64,000 bases of DNA from the IMG/VR virus record IMGVR_UViG_2873063797_000001, positions 25,659 to 89,658 of that record. The stretch is one strand, 5' to 3'. Shown here in pieces: positions 35,352 to 44,346 of this stretch (position 1 is the stretch's first letter; each line of letters starts with the position of its first letter). The notes beneath the pieces are model-generated. The model searched no databases. It saw nothing but the letters and a program-made list of their open reading frames with translations, and was not told the origin of the DNA. This stretch comes from a virus (lineage: Duplodnaviria; Caudoviricetes). The translations under genes and the position numbers were made by a program.

Positions 35352-35968
35352 GCAGCACCTCCAGATTGGGCGTTCCACAGCAGGGCGACGACGGTTGATT
35401 CGTACGGCCAGCGCGCCACTCCGCCGTGCTTGATCAGGTGTAGAAGGGTCCGGCTGGGGAGGGTCGCCCCAACCTCCAAGGGGACGCAACCGGGAGGAAT
35501 CTCGCAGGGGCCTATCTCGGCCCGACTGCGTCCGTCATCGGTTTGCGTAGGTGCCGAACCAGTTGAGCGCTGCGCCCGAATGGGCTGAGTCCAGCACAGT
35601 TCCCCGTCAGCATCCGCTCCGGCTTGGTCGGCGTTCAATCGTGCGGAGAAGGCAGGGTGCAGTCGTTTCAGCCGCTCGGCGTTCGTCTCTCGTGCGGCGT
35701 CGGCTAGCGGTATCTCCCCTACCTCCAGAAGCGATACGGCGAATTCGCCCGACATTAGGCCGGTGTGCACGCGCAGGAAGGCCGCAGCCTGCACCGGGGG
35801 CCAATAGGCAGCCCGGCGGAGCGTCTGGCCGATGCGATCCCTGTATGCGGCGGGTATCCGGTCACCGCGCAGATCCTGGCGGGTCTGAGCCAAAGCCTGC
35901 GCGGCGCTTGGGCTGTAGAGCATCTGGTCCAGCAGGCTGCCGGCCATCCGTTCGTGCAGTGTCCTCAT
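35348..35968 (-). CDS. hypothetical protein
   Basis: Coupled to the Cre-like gene; AAGGA upstream. Confidence 0.65.
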   Translation of the reverse strand: MRTLHERMAGSLLDQMLYSPSAAQALAQTRQDLRGDRIPAAYRDRIGQTLRRAAYWPPVQAAAFLRVHTGLMSGEFAVSLLEVGEIPLADAARETNAERLKRLHPAFSARLNADQAGADADGELCWTQPIRAQRSTGSAPTQTDDGRSRAEIGPCEIPPGCVPLEVGATLPSRTLLHLIKHGGVARWPYESTVVALLWNAQSGGAA

Positions 35969-35996
35969 GCCCGTCCTTCCGGAGTGCAGACACATT

Positions 35997-36041
35997 GGAG
36001 TAGTTGAGATACTCTAAGCGTAGCAGTAGTCAAGCTACTCC
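35997..36041. promoter_or_regulatory. inverted repeat in the divergent promoter region
   Basis: GGAGTAG-TTGA ... TCAAGCTACTCC (one bulge); TACGCT -10 lies 6 nt before the alpA-like ATG. Confidence 0.55.
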
Positions 36042-36061
36042 GCCCCGCCTACGCTGAACCC

Positions 36062-36283
36062 ATGGACCTGACCGGCTACCTGACCTCCGACGAAGCAGCA
36101 GAACGGCTCGGCATCAACCGCCAGAGCCTGTACAACCTGGCCAACCGCTCACCGGATTTCCCGAAGCCCAAGAAGGTTGGGCGGACGTCCCTCTGGCCAG
36201 AGCACGGCGTAGACGAGTGGCGCGAGAAGCACCCGAAGCGACAGACGAGAAAGGGGACAGAGGATGCCGACCAAGCCCCGTAA
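36062..36283 (+). CDS. AlpA/excisionase-like HTH protein
   Basis: LTSDEAAERLGINRQSLYNL...FPKPKKVGRTSLW. Confidence 0.88.
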   Translation: MDLTGYLTSDEAAERLGINRQSLYNLANRSPDFPKPKKVGRTSLWPEHGVDEWREKHPKRQTRKGTEDADQAP

Positions 36284-36509
36284 GCCGTGGCGTGTGATCG
36301 TGACGGGTCCGGACGTGCGTGCCGAGTCGGACCACACCAGCGAGGCCAAGGCGTACGCGCTGGTTCGTGCCTCCCTCGGTGAGGAAAGCCCCGCCGACAC
36401 TGCGCGGGTTGAGCAGTGGGAGGGCGGCCGGTGGTGGCACTTCGAGACCGTGCGCGCCGACGAGATCCGCGCGGCCCAGGCCGCCATCCGCAACATCGAC
36501 GAGAAGTGA
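36264..36509 (+). CDS. array gene 1, hypothetical
   Basis: 81 aa, ends DEK-stop within repeat 1. Confidence 0.75.
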   Translation: MPTKPRKPWRVIVTGPDVRAESDHTSEAKAYALVRASLGEESPADTARVEQWEGGRWWHFETVRADEIRAAQAAIRNIDEK

Positions 36510-36520
36510 GGACACCGACC

Positions 36521-36811
36521 ATGCTGACCCTGCACCCGATCACCGGCGGCATCCGCGACGGACGCCACCAGCAGTACCCCACCCCCAACCTCCCGGCCCG
36601 CCCGGTCGCTTCGCAGGCGGAAGCTGAGGAGTCCGCCGTCCGTCTGTTCCGCGCCTACGGGGCGATCAGCTACCTGCGGCTCACCGACAGCGCTGGGGAG
36701 GAGGTCCGGGAGTACCGTCGCGGCGACTTCTTCCAGTCCACGTCGCCCCTACGGGACGTACACCGCCGCGTGGTCGACCAGGACCTCGGGTGCCGCGCCA
36801 CCGAGAAGTGA
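36521..36811 (+). CDS. array gene 2, hypothetical
   Basis: 96 aa, ATG in repeat 1, ends RATEK. Confidence 0.75.
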   Translation: MLTLHPITGGIRDGRHQQYPTPNLPARPVASQAEAEESAVRLFRAYGAISYLRLTDSAGEEVREYRRGDFFQSTSPLRDVHRRVVDQDLGCRATEK

Positions 36812-36822
36812 GGGAACCGACC

Positions 36823-36999
36823 ATGAGCGAGATGGAGTCACGGATCGCGTCGCTGGAAGCAACGAACAGCGACCTGCGGAGCGAGAACCGGGAGATCCGA
36901 AGGGAGATCTTGCGCGCGCTGCGGTTCATCGAGAAGGGTGACGTCGGCTCCGCGCAGACCCTCATGCACCGCCTGTCCCTCAGCGTCGCCGAGAAGTGA
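36823..36999 (+). CDS. array gene 3, short coiled-coil protein
   Basis: 58 aa, ends VAEK. Confidence 0.7.
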   Translation: MSEMESRIASLEATNSDLRSENREIRREILRALRFIEKGDVGSAQTLMHRLSLSVAEK

Positions 37000-37006
37000 G
37001 GCCATC

Positions 37007-37177
37007 ATGAGCACTCCGACCGAACTCCGGACCCGTGCCGCCGAGCTGGAGAACCGCGTGCCTCCGGTCACGGCCGGCCCCCGTACCGACGACGAGCGGA
37101 TGTGGCTGGAGAAGGCCGCCGCCCTCCGCGACGAGGCCGACCAGCTCGACGCCGCCGACCGCGCCACCGAGAAGTGA
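37007..37177 (+). CDS. array gene 4, short helical protein
   Basis: 56 aa, ends RATEK. Confidence 0.7.
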   Translation: MSTPTELRTRAAELENRVPPVTAGPRTDDERMWLEKAAALRDEADQLDAADRATEK

Positions 37178-37188
37178 GGACACCGATC

Positions 37189-37350
37189 ATGGCCTACACC
37201 GCCTACATGCCGCCCGTGGGTGGTGGCAAGCAGAGCCACCCCGAGATCACCGACCACTGCCGCCCTGACAACGAGCCCACCCACCCGGAGCACGACTACC
37301 CGACTGCCGGTCCCGCGCGCTGCAATCGCTGCGGCGCCACCGAGAAGTGA
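37189..37350 (+). CDS. array gene 5, small Cys/His protein
   Basis: 53 aa, HC...H...CNRC, ends GATEK. Confidence 0.7.
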   Translation: MAYTAYMPPVGGGKQSHPEITDHCRPDNEPTHPEHDYPTAGPARCNRCGATEK

Positions 37351-37360
37351 GGACACGACC

Positions 37361-37543
37361 ATGACCACGAGCTGGCCGGAGCGGGTGCGACTCCCGCGCG
37401 GCCGCCACACTCACGCCGTCGGCTACGCGGCTGGCCACGCCGACCGCGTCACCGCCTGCGCCCGGAACGCCGAACCCGGGGACTTCCTGGACGACGACAG
37501 CCCCATCACCTGCCCCGCCTGCCAACGCGTCACCGAGAAGTGA
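37361..37543 (+). CDS. array gene 6, small zinc-knuckle-like protein
   Basis: 60 aa, H...C...CPAC, ends RVTEK. Confidence 0.7.
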   Translation: MTTSWPERVRLPRGRHTHAVGYAAGHADRVTACARNAEPGDFLDDDSPITCPACQRVTEK

Positions 37544-37554
37544 GGACACCGACC

Positions 37555-38448
37555 ATGGGACGAGAGATCCGCCGCGTACCGCTCGACTTCGAATGGCCGC
37601 TCAACAAGGTCTGGGAGGGCTTCCTGATGCCCGACCGCTTCGACGAAGTCGACTGCTCCGACTGCAAGAACGGCTACTCGCCGCAGGCCCAGAACTTGTA
37701 TGACCTCTGGTACGGCTACCTGCCGTTCGACCCGGCCAGCACCGGGTCGACGCCGTGGCGCCACGACAGCCCAGGCGTGAGGGCGTTCGCCGAGCGCAAC
37801 GTCACCCAGGCGCCGGACTACTACGGCAGCGGCGAGGCCGCCATCGTGCGCGAAGGTCAGCGGCTGGCGAGCCTGTGGAACGGCCAGTGGTCCCACCACC
37901 TCTCCCAAGAGGACGTGGATGCGCTGGTCGCCGCTGACCGGCTTCGCGACTTCACTCACACCTGGAGCCGCGAGGACGGCTGGCAGCCGAAGGAACCGTC
38001 GGTCGCACCGACGGCCGCCGAGGTCAACGAGTGGTCACTGCGCGGCATGGGACACGACAGCATCAACGCCCACGTGGTGATCGAAGCCCGCTGCGAGCGC
38101 GAGGGTGTCGAGACCCGGTGCCCGACCTGCAAGGGCCACGGCAGTATGGAGAAGTACGAGGGACAGCGCGCCGAGGCCGAAGCGTGGGAGCCCACGGACC
38201 CGCCGAAGGGCGACGGCTGGCAGCTCTGGGAGACCGTGAGCGAAGGCTCGCCCGTCAGCCCCGTGTTCGCGACAGCCGATGATCTGGCCGGTTGGATGTC
38301 TGACCCGGAGCGCGGCGACCGTTGGGTGCCGGGCGACGTGGCCCGCAAGTTCATCGACGACGGTTGGGCGCCGACAGGAGTTGTCACGCCGGGACGTGGC
38401 TACTCGTCCGGCGTTGAGGCCGTTGGATGGTCTGAGAGTCAGTACTGA
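37555..38448 (+). CDS. array gene 7, conserved-looking phage hypothetical protein
   Basis: 297 aa; MGREIRRVPLDF.WP, CSDC.NG, CPTCKGHG, GWQLWETVSEGSPVSPVF. Confidence 0.85.
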   Translation: MGREIRRVPLDFEWPLNKVWEGFLMPDRFDEVDCSDCKNGYSPQAQNLYDLWYGYLPFDPASTGSTPWRHDSPGVRAFAERNVTQAPDYYGSGEAAIVREGQRLASLWNGQWSHHLSQEDVDALVAADRLRDFTHTWSREDGWQPKEPSVAPTAAEVNEWSLRGMGHDSINAHVVIEARCEREGVETRCPTCKGHGSMEKYEGQRAEAEAWEPTDPPKGDGWQLWETVSEGSPVSPVFATADDLAGWMSDPERGDRWVPGDVARKFIDDGWAPTGVVTPGRGYSSGVEAVGWSESQY

Positions 38449-38459
38449 CCACCGCGCGA

Positions 38460-38496
38460 ACGGGGCCCCGGCTGAGGAAAGCAGCCGGGGCCCCGT
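38460..38496. terminator. bidirectional terminator closing the array
   Basis: Perfect 15-bp stem ACGGGGCCCCGGCTG/CAGCCGGGGCCCCGT. Confidence 0.8.
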
Positions 38497-38507
38497 CACG
38501 TCTGACC

Positions 38508-39089
38508 CTATCTGGGCAGGTCGGTATGGTGGAAGTTCTGCCAGGAGCGGGAGGCGGTCGGCCCGCGCTGGCCCTGATACCGGGAGCCGCGTAGCGCGCT
38601 CCCGTACGGGTGCTCCGCCGGGCTGGTCATCTGAATCACCGCAAGCTGCCCGATCTTCATGCCCGGCCACAGCAGCAGGGGCAGGGTGGCCTGGTTCGAC
38701 AGCTCCAGCGTGACGTGGCCCTCGAACCCGGGGTCGATGAACCCGGCCGTGGAGTGCGTGGCCAGGCCCAGCCGCCCCAGCGAACTCTTGCCCTCCAATC
38801 GGGCTGCCAGGTACCGGGGCAGCCGGACCCGCTCGTAGGTGGAGGCGAGGACGAACTCGTCGGGGTGCAGGATGAACGGTTCGCCGTCGGGGACCTCGAC
38901 CAGGCGCGTCAGGTCGTCCTGCTGGACCGCGGGGTCGATGTGGGACGCCCGGTGGTTCTCGAACACTCGGAAGGTGCGGTCGAGGCGGACGTCGATGCTG
39001 GCCGGCTGGAGCATCGCCTCCTCGTACGGGGTGACGCCGAGCTGGCCGCGGGATATCGCGTCGTGGAGGTCTCTGTCGGAGAGGAGCAC
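38508..39089 (-). CDS. dcd: dCTP deaminase
   Basis: MLLSDRD...[10 protein letters not shown]...[30 protein letters not shown]...YQGQRGPT. Confidence 0.95.
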   Translation of the reverse strand: MLLSDRDLHDAISRGQLGVTPYEEAMLQPASIDVRLDRTFRVFENHRASHIDPAVQQDDLTRLVEVPDGEPFILHPDEFVLASTYERVRLPRYLAARLEGKSSLGRLGLATHSTAGFIDPGFEGHVTLELSNQATLPLLLWPGMKIGQLAVIQMTSPAEHPYGSALRGSRYQGQRGPTASRSWQNFHHTDLPR

Positions 39090-39127
39090 GCCGCGAGCCT
39101 ACGACCGGCTCGGGCGCCGCCTTCCCC

Positions 39128-39301
39128 CTACTTCTTCTGCTGCTCCCGCCACGCCTCCAGTTCCTTCTTGCAGAGCACGCACAGGGGGTTCCCGCCGGGC
39201 CCGTACCGGTGGGTGGGGTGCTGGCATTTCACGCAAGGCCCGACGTACGACGGTGCGCACTCGGGGGCCGGCGGGGCGGGTCTCTCAGCGGTGACGTTCA
39301 C
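39128..39301 (-). CDS. small zinc-finger protein
   Basis: CVKC...CVLC; GTG 6 nt after TACGAT. Confidence 0.6.
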   Translation of the reverse strand: MNVTAERPAPPAPECAPSYVGPCVKCQHPTHRYGPGGNPLCVLCKKELEAWREQQKK

Positions 39302-39393
39302 CCTGGAATCGTACGACTGTGCAGGGGGAACACCGGCCGACCATCGCCGGGACACTGGGGGTACCGCCCTTCCCCGTGATCGGAGCCCTTCCC

Positions 39394-40128
39394 ATGCCCG
39401 AGCAGCCCCCGGTTGAGCCCACGTTTCGCAGCGACGTCACCGTGCAGCTGGTCAAGGCGACCGCGGAGGACGCGCACGTCCTCTGGTCCGCCCGCGTCTC
39501 CACCCTCGGCGAGCAGTCCCTCGACCAGATCGGCACCGACCCCGAGCGCTCCAAGGGCCTCATCAACTACCTCATGCGAGATCGTCATGGGAGCCCGTTC
39601 GAGGCGACTAGCATGACGTTTTTCATCAGCGCCCCGATCTTCGTGTTCCGGGAGTTCATGCGGCACCGCGTCGGCTGGTCCTACAACGAGGAATCAGGCC
39701 GCTACCGGGAGCTGGAGCCCGTCTTCTACGTCCCCGGCTACGACCGGAAGCTGGTCCAGGAGGGCAAGCCGGGCCAGTACCGGTTCGTGGAGGGCAGCCC
39801 GGATCAGCACTATGCGATGCGGAAGGCGATGAAGGCGTCGTACCGGCAGGCGTACGCCTTCTACCAGCGGCTCCTCTGTGAGGGGATCGCCCGGGAGGTG
39901 GCCCGGTCGGTACTGCCGGTGGGCCTGTACTCGTCGGCCTACGCGACGTGCAACGCGCGGTCGCTGATGCACTTCCTCGGCCTGCGCACCACCCACCCCG
40001 ACGCGGCCACACCCTCGTACCCGCAGCGGGAGATCGAGATGGTCGGCGAGGCCATGGAAGCCGAGTGGGCCAAGCTCATGCCCCTCACGCACGCGGCGTT
40101 CAACGCGAACGGCCGCGTCGCCCCCTAG
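39394..40128 (+). CDS. thyX: FAD-dependent thymidylate synthase
   Basis: RHGSPFE, RHR-x3-SYNEESGRY ThyX signature, NARSLMHFL. Confidence 0.95.
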   Translation: MPEQPPVEPTFRSDVTVQLVKATAEDAHVLWSARVSTLGEQSLDQIGTDPERSKGLINYLMRDRHGSPFEATSMTFFISAPIFVFREFMRHRVGWSYNEESGRYRELEPVFYVPGYDRKLVQEGKPGQYRFVEGSPDQHYAMRKAMKASYRQAYAFYQRLLCEGIAREVARSVLPVGLYSSAYATCNARSLMHFLGLRTTHPDAATPSYPQREIEMVGEAMEAEWAKLMPLTHAAFNANGRVAP

Positions 40129-41451
40129 TCAGGCCGTCGTCGTATCCGTGACCAGGCCGAGCGCGACCAGAGCCGCCAGGACACTCTGTGCCGCGGTCCC
40201 GTCCGCCCACGAACCCGACACCACCGGCCGGGCCACCGCCGCAACCCCGAAGAAGCCCAGCTTCCCGCCCGCCGCATCCAGGTCGAACACGACGTCGTAC
40301 GGATTCGTGCCGACCTGCACCCGGCCGATCAGGTGCGGGCCCGCGGGCTCCCAGCGCATCATCGCGTTCTGGGCGCCGGTGAAGTCCGGGTTGGCCCAGG
40401 TGGAGACGATGACGTCCATGCCGGCGACCTCGAGGTCCATGCCGCCGCCGGTGACCCGGAACCGGTAGGCGCCCTCTCCGTCGCCGCGGGCCACGGTGAG
40501 GTTGTCGCCAGCCACGTTGACGGGCCCGGTGAATGTGGCGCCGGCCTTGTCGGCTTTCCCGGCGAGGGAGGTCTCCACCTCCGTGACTGAGGCTTCCACG
40601 GCTGTGGCCCGGTTCTCGAGGCCGAACTCGCCGCCGACACGGACTTGCAGGTCGGTGACGTAGGTGTTGAGGGTGTTGCCGTCGGCGGCTGGGTAGGCGC
40701 CGATGCTGGCCGGGGTGATCGGGTCGCTGCCTGCGGTGGCGTGCGATGCGGCGTGGGCTGTGGGGGTGCGGGGGTTGGTGGTGGTGGGGTCGTCGGAGCG
40801 CAGCGCAACGGTGGGGCCGGTGCCGGCGGCGCCGAGGGGCGGCTGAGGACCCGCGGGTCCTTCCGGTCCGGTCTCGCCCGGGTCGCCCTTCGGGCCGGGG
40901 TCTCCCTGCGGTCCCTGGGGGCCGGTGTCTCCGGTGTCGCCCTTGGGGCCGGGCTCTCCCTGGGGGCCGGGATCGCCCTGCTCGCCCTGGAGTCCGGTGG
41001 CGCCCGTGGGGCCCGGGTCGCCTTGCGGTCCTGTCTCGCCTGCGGGTCCGGCCGGTCCTTGCGGGCCTGCGGGTCCGGGGGCGTAGACGACGGTGCCCTG
41101 CCCGGTCTGAGTGTCGGACAGGTCGACGCGCAGGTCCCCCACCCACCAGGTGCCGGTGTCCGGGACCAGGACGTGCGTGATGATCGGGGTGCCGTCCAGA
41201 GCACGCCCTTCCTGGACCGCCCACAGTGTGTCCCCGACCACCGACTCGACACCGGCGTTCGGGGTGAGGTCCACCTGCCACGCCCCGTCTTCCTCGGGCG
41301 TGATGGCCACCGGCCGGACCAGCTCCCCCGGGCCCGGCGCGGCCGCGACGTAGCCGACCGCGGGCTTCCCGGTCACGTCGACCAGCGTTGCCCGCATCTC
41401 CACCCGCTGCGGAGACGCCGCCCCGATCAGTTTCCCGGTCACCGTGGTCAT
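40129..41451 (-). CDS. collagen-like tail fibre/minor virion protein
   Basis: About 25 G-X-Y triplets between N- and C-terminal domains. Confidence 0.8.
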   Translation of the reverse strand: MTTVTGKLIGAASPQRVEMRATLVDVTGKPAVGYVAAAPGPGELVRPVAITPEEDGAWQVDLTPNAGVESVVGDTLWAVQEGRALDGTPIITHVLVPDTGTWWVGDLRVDLSDTQTGQGTVVYAPGPAGPQGPAGPAGETGPQGDPGPTGATGLQGEQGDPGPQGEPGPKGDTGDTGPQGPQGDPGPKGDPGETGPEGPAGPQPPLGAAGTGPTVALRSDDPTTTNPRTPTAHAASHATAGSDPITPASIGAYPAADGNTLNTYVTDLQVRVGGEFGLENRATAVEASVTEVETSLAGKADKAGATFTGPVNVAGDNLTVARGDGEGAYRFRVTGGGMDLEVAGMDVIVSTWANPDFTGAQNAMMRWEPAGPHLIGRVQVGTNPYDVVFDLDAAGGKLGFFGVAAVARPVVSGSWADGTAAQSVLAALVALGLVTDTTTA

Positions 41452-41453
41452 GG

Positions 41454-41816
41454 TCAGACTCCAGTTCGGTTGTACTCATCGACCAGAGGATGAGCGGGCT
41501 CGGGTTCGATACCGGCGTGGTGCATCTGCCGCGCCCACCGGTCCGTCGTCCACGCGAACGCCCGCAGCAGCGTCTCCAGCCGGGACTGCCGCAGGCGGAG
41601 CTTGCCGTTCTCCTCGTCGACCCGCTGCACCGTCGCCTGAAGAACAGCGAAGTCCTGGGCCTTGGCCTGCGGATTCGCCTGGATCGTGGCAACGGCCTCA
41701 TTCGCTCGAGCGGTCGCCTGGGATGCCTTCACCGTGGCCCGTGCCACGAAGAAGCCGCCACCGCCGAGGATGCTCCCTGCGGCCGTGATGAGACCGATCC
41801 ACTCGGTCACGTTCAT
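41454..41816 (-). CDS. lysis-cassette membrane protein (TM plus coiled coil)
   Basis: N-terminal TM helix followed by a coiled coil; position after holins. Confidence 0.7.
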   Translation of the reverse strand: MNVTEWIGLITAAGSILGGGGFFVARATVKASQATARANEAVATIQANPQAKAQDFAVLQATVQRVDEENGKLRLRQSRLETLLRAFAWTTDRWARQMHHAGIEPEPAHPLVDEYNRTGV

Positions 41817-42259
41817 GCGCCCTCGCTTTTCTGGGCGCGCCGCGGAGCTGGGGGGACCGAATGCTCGGGGACCGTGGACGCCCAAAGAATGACCCCCACG
41901 TGGGAGGTCAGGTACCAGATAGCGACATAGGCGCCGCGTGAGTAGTGGCCGCTGATGACTGCGGCCCCGTAGGCGAGTGCCCACACTGTGGGGGGAAGTA
42001 GCGCGGTCCAGAAGCCGAGCCGGTCACGGCCGATCTTCATGAACGCTGACATGGTCGTGACGATCCCGCAGACGATCCACAGCCAGGACCAGTGCTCGAG
42101 GTCGCAGATGCTCGTCAGGAGTTCGAGGCCGGCTGGGCTTGGTGGGGCTACGAGGAAGCTGACGCCCCAGCAGGTCTTTCCGACGCCGAGGATCAGCAGG
42201 AACTTGCCGCGGCGGCCCAGATGCGCACTGAGCCACCGGGCCGCGCGGCAGGGGGGCAT
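41813..42259 (-). CDS. membrane protein (4 TM), holin-associated
   Basis: Four hydrophobic helices. Confidence 0.75.
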   Translation of the reverse strand: MPPCRAARWLSAHLGRRGKFLLILGVGKTCWGVSFLVAPPSPAGLELLTSICDLEHWSWLWIVCGIVTTMSAFMKIGRDRLGFWTALLPPTVWALAYGAAVISGHYSRGAYVAIWYLTSHVGVILWASTVPEHSVPPAPRRAQKSEGA

Positions 42260-42266
42260 CCGGGGG

Positions 42267-42641
42267 TCAGACCTCTCGGACTGCGGAGACGACCTTGACG
42301 CTCTCGCGCGCTACGGGGGCCGTGACCTGGGTACGGACGAAGGCCTGCGCGATAACGGTGACGGCGGCCATCACCGCGGCCTGCCGGTCGGCGGACCAGT
42401 CCAGGCCCAGGTTCATGCCGAGGGCGAGGGCGGCCTGGGCGAAGCCGGTGAGGGCGGCGACCTGCCCGTCACCGACCTTGAACGCGACCAGCAGGCCCAG
42501 GAGTGCGGCCGCGGTGACGTTCACGGCGGTCTGGGTGTCCTGGTTGACGTCGATGACGAACGCGGCGACGAACTGGACGGCGACGGCGACGAGGCCGGCC
42601 CAGACTGCGGGCTCACGCCCGAGCAGGGTGGTGGTCTTCAC
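42267..42641 (-). CDS. holin
   Basis: GREPA start, four TM segments, RTQVTAP end; directly after the endolysin. Confidence 0.75.
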   Translation of the reverse strand: MKTTTLLGREPAVWAGLVAVAVQFVAAFVIDVNQDTQTAVNVTAAALLGLLVAFKVGDGQVAALTGFAQAALALGMNLGLDWSADRQAAVMAAVTVIAQAFVRTQVTAPVARESVKVVSAVREV

Positions 42642-42672
42642 AGGTCTCTCCTAGTGAGCAGGGGTGGGATGG

Positions 42673-43620
42673 TCAGACGACGACGGTGAAGCCGTACTTG
42701 TTGCCGAGGCGGGTCAGGGAGTCCCTGCCGGGGATGCCGTCGGCGTTCTTGCCGCGGTAGCTGCCACCAGCCTTGGACCGCTGCCAGGCGGCGTACGCAG
42801 TGACGGTCGTGGTGCCGAAGTGACCGTCCGAGTAGCTCTTGGAGAGGAGTCCGGCGTCTACGAGGGCGGCTTCGACGGTGCGGACGCCGCTGTACGTGAC
42901 CGGGGTGCCCTTGGCGGCGGGGTCGGAGCGGGCGGCGGCAACCAGCTTGGACAGGTCGACGACGGGCTTGGTCGGCTTCGGCAAGGGCTTGGGCTCCGAA
43001 GGCTTCGGGGGCCTGGTGGTGGGCGTGCCGTTGTCCAGGCGACTGCTGATCCGCTGCCGCATGGAGGTCATGGTGAAGCCGCGCGGGTCGACTTTTCCGG
43101 GCTGCCACTCAAGGTGGCCGATGACGGATCGTTCGTCCCAGCCGTGGTGGCGGCAGACGGCGGCCGCCGCACGTTCGATCGCCTCGAGTTGGGCGGCGGG
43201 CCAGGGATCGTCGCCGTCGCCGAGGTTCTCGCACTCGAAGCCGTAGAAGTGGCGGTTGCCGTCGACGGTCGCTTCGTTGTCGGCGGGGAGTGTCTTCTCA
43301 TCGATGACGGCGCGCAGTACGTCGGGATCGCCCAGTCCTGCGTGGTTCGCTCGGCCGTAGCCGACGAGGTGGACCTTGCCGTCCTTGGTGATGACGCCGT
43401 GGCACAGCGGGCCGGGTAGGGCGCTGTGTCCTCTGCGGCAGAGGTCGACGGTCCGGGCGCTGCCCTTGGTGACGGTGTGGTGGATCGTCACGCCGTGGAC
43501 AGGGCCCCAGGGGCCCTTGCTGTTGCGGTTGTGGTTGCGCCAGTTGCCGATTTCGACGACGGTGAGGCCTTCGGCCTTGAGCGCCCTTATGAATGCGTCG
43601 GCGGACATGGGTGTGGCCAT
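42673..43620 (-). CDS. endolysin, N-acetylmuramoyl-L-alanine amidase with C-terminal PG-binding domain
   Basis: GVTIHHT, ANHAG, GFECEN, IGHLEW..GKVDP; DGHFG..T..AY..WQ...DGIPG. Confidence 0.92.
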   Translation of the reverse strand: MATPMSADAFIRALKAEGLTVVEIGNWRNHNRNSKGPWGPVHGVTIHHTVTKGSARTVDLCRRGHSALPGPLCHGVITKDGKVHLVGYGRANHAGLGDPDVLRAVIDEKTLPADNEATVDGNRHFYGFECENLGDGDDPWPAAQLEAIERAAAAVCRHHGWDERSVIGHLEWQPGKVDPRGFTMTSMRQRISSRLDNGTPTTRPPKPSEPKPLPKPTKPVVDLSKLVAAARSDPAAKGTPVTYSGVRTVEAALVDAGLLSKSYSDGHFGTTTVTAYAAWQRSKAGGSYRGKNADGIPGRDSLTRLGNKYGFTVVV

Positions 43621-44016
43621 TCAGGACTCCTTGGGAAGGGGACTGACGCGCGGGACGTGGAGGCGGTTCCATGCGGTCTCGTCCGGGATGCCGCTGGTGT
43701 CGCCGCCGCTCTTGGGCCGCAGTTCCTGCTGGAACGACTTCCAGGCGTCGCGGTGTGCGGTCGTCCAGTCCGGTCCGAGGGTCTTGCCTGCCGGGTTGTG
43801 GCCTTCGCGGGTGAGGCGGGCGCCGGCTGCGGCGATGACGGGGCTGTAGCGGCCGCCGTGGAAGAACTCCGGGCCCGGGTACGGCTCGAGCCTGCCGCTG
43901 TGGTCGCTGGCTTCTACCGGGGCGGGCGCCGGTGCGACGGCGGGTGTGGCGGTGGGAGCAGAGTCGTCCTGCTTACGGGCGGCCGTCTGATCGTCTTGCC
44001 GCTTCGGATCGGGCAT
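43621..44016 (-). CDS. standalone peptidoglycan-binding-domain protein
   Basis: PYPGPEFF...SPVI...GPDWT..HRDAW..FQQ...GIPDETAW.RL; AGGAG RBS. Confidence 0.7.
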   Translation of the reverse strand: MPDPKRQDDQTAARKQDDSAPTATPAVAPAPAPVEASDHSGRLEPYPGPEFFHGGRYSPVIAAAGARLTREGHNPAGKTLGPDWTTAHRDAWKSFQQELRPKSGGDTSGIPDETAWNRLHVPRVSPLPKES

Positions 44017-44146
44017 CGCCCGTACTCCTGAACTCCCCGCGCCCAGGTTTGCAGTGTGGCGGGCCGCTGTGGTGCGGCCGTCCCTCGGGGGTGGAGCGTG
44101 TGGATGGAGGGTCACCCGGTTGATCTCAGAGTAGAGGGCTAGCCCG

Positions 44147-44341
44147 TCATTCGTTCCCCTCGTCATCGTCGGGGATGGGTGAGAGGTCGGTTATGGTCTG
44201 CATGCATTCACCACAGACTGCCCGGTAGGTCGGTTCGGTGGCGTTCGGGTAGTAGGGTGCTGTGATCGACAGCCCTTCGATGGAGCATCCGCTGGTGCGG
44301 CAGGTTGCTACGAGCATGACGGGGGTGGGTTCTTCGTTCAT
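44147..44341 (-). CDS. small Cys-containing protein after the tail gene
   Basis: C-x4-C...CGEC; GGGAG RBS. Confidence 0.6.
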   Translation of the reverse strand: MNEEPTPVMLVATCRTSGCSIEGLSITAPYYPNATEPTYRAVCGECMQTITDLSPIPDDDEGNE

Positions 44342-44346
44342 TTGAG

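Larger units (their letters stand above)
36501..37557 (+). repeat. six junction direct repeats, consensus (CGCGCCACC)GAGAAGTGAGGACACCGACCATG
   Basis: Invariant GAGAAGTGAGG at 36501, 36803, 36991, 37169, 37342 and 37535. Confidence 0.95.

Noticed and set aside
36501-37557. CRISPR array interpretation of the junction repeats
   Set aside because: Intervals are 173-302 bp, each filled by an in-register ORF; the repeats are not palindromic and no cas gene is present
36501-37557. Classical integron attC sites
   Set aside because: No R''/R' GTT core, no long imperfect palindrome, and no IntI-specific insertion recognised in the recombinases
40830-41075. Tandem GGx-rich repeats
   Set aside because: Explained by the collagen G-X-Y coding repeat of a common actinophage fibre protein
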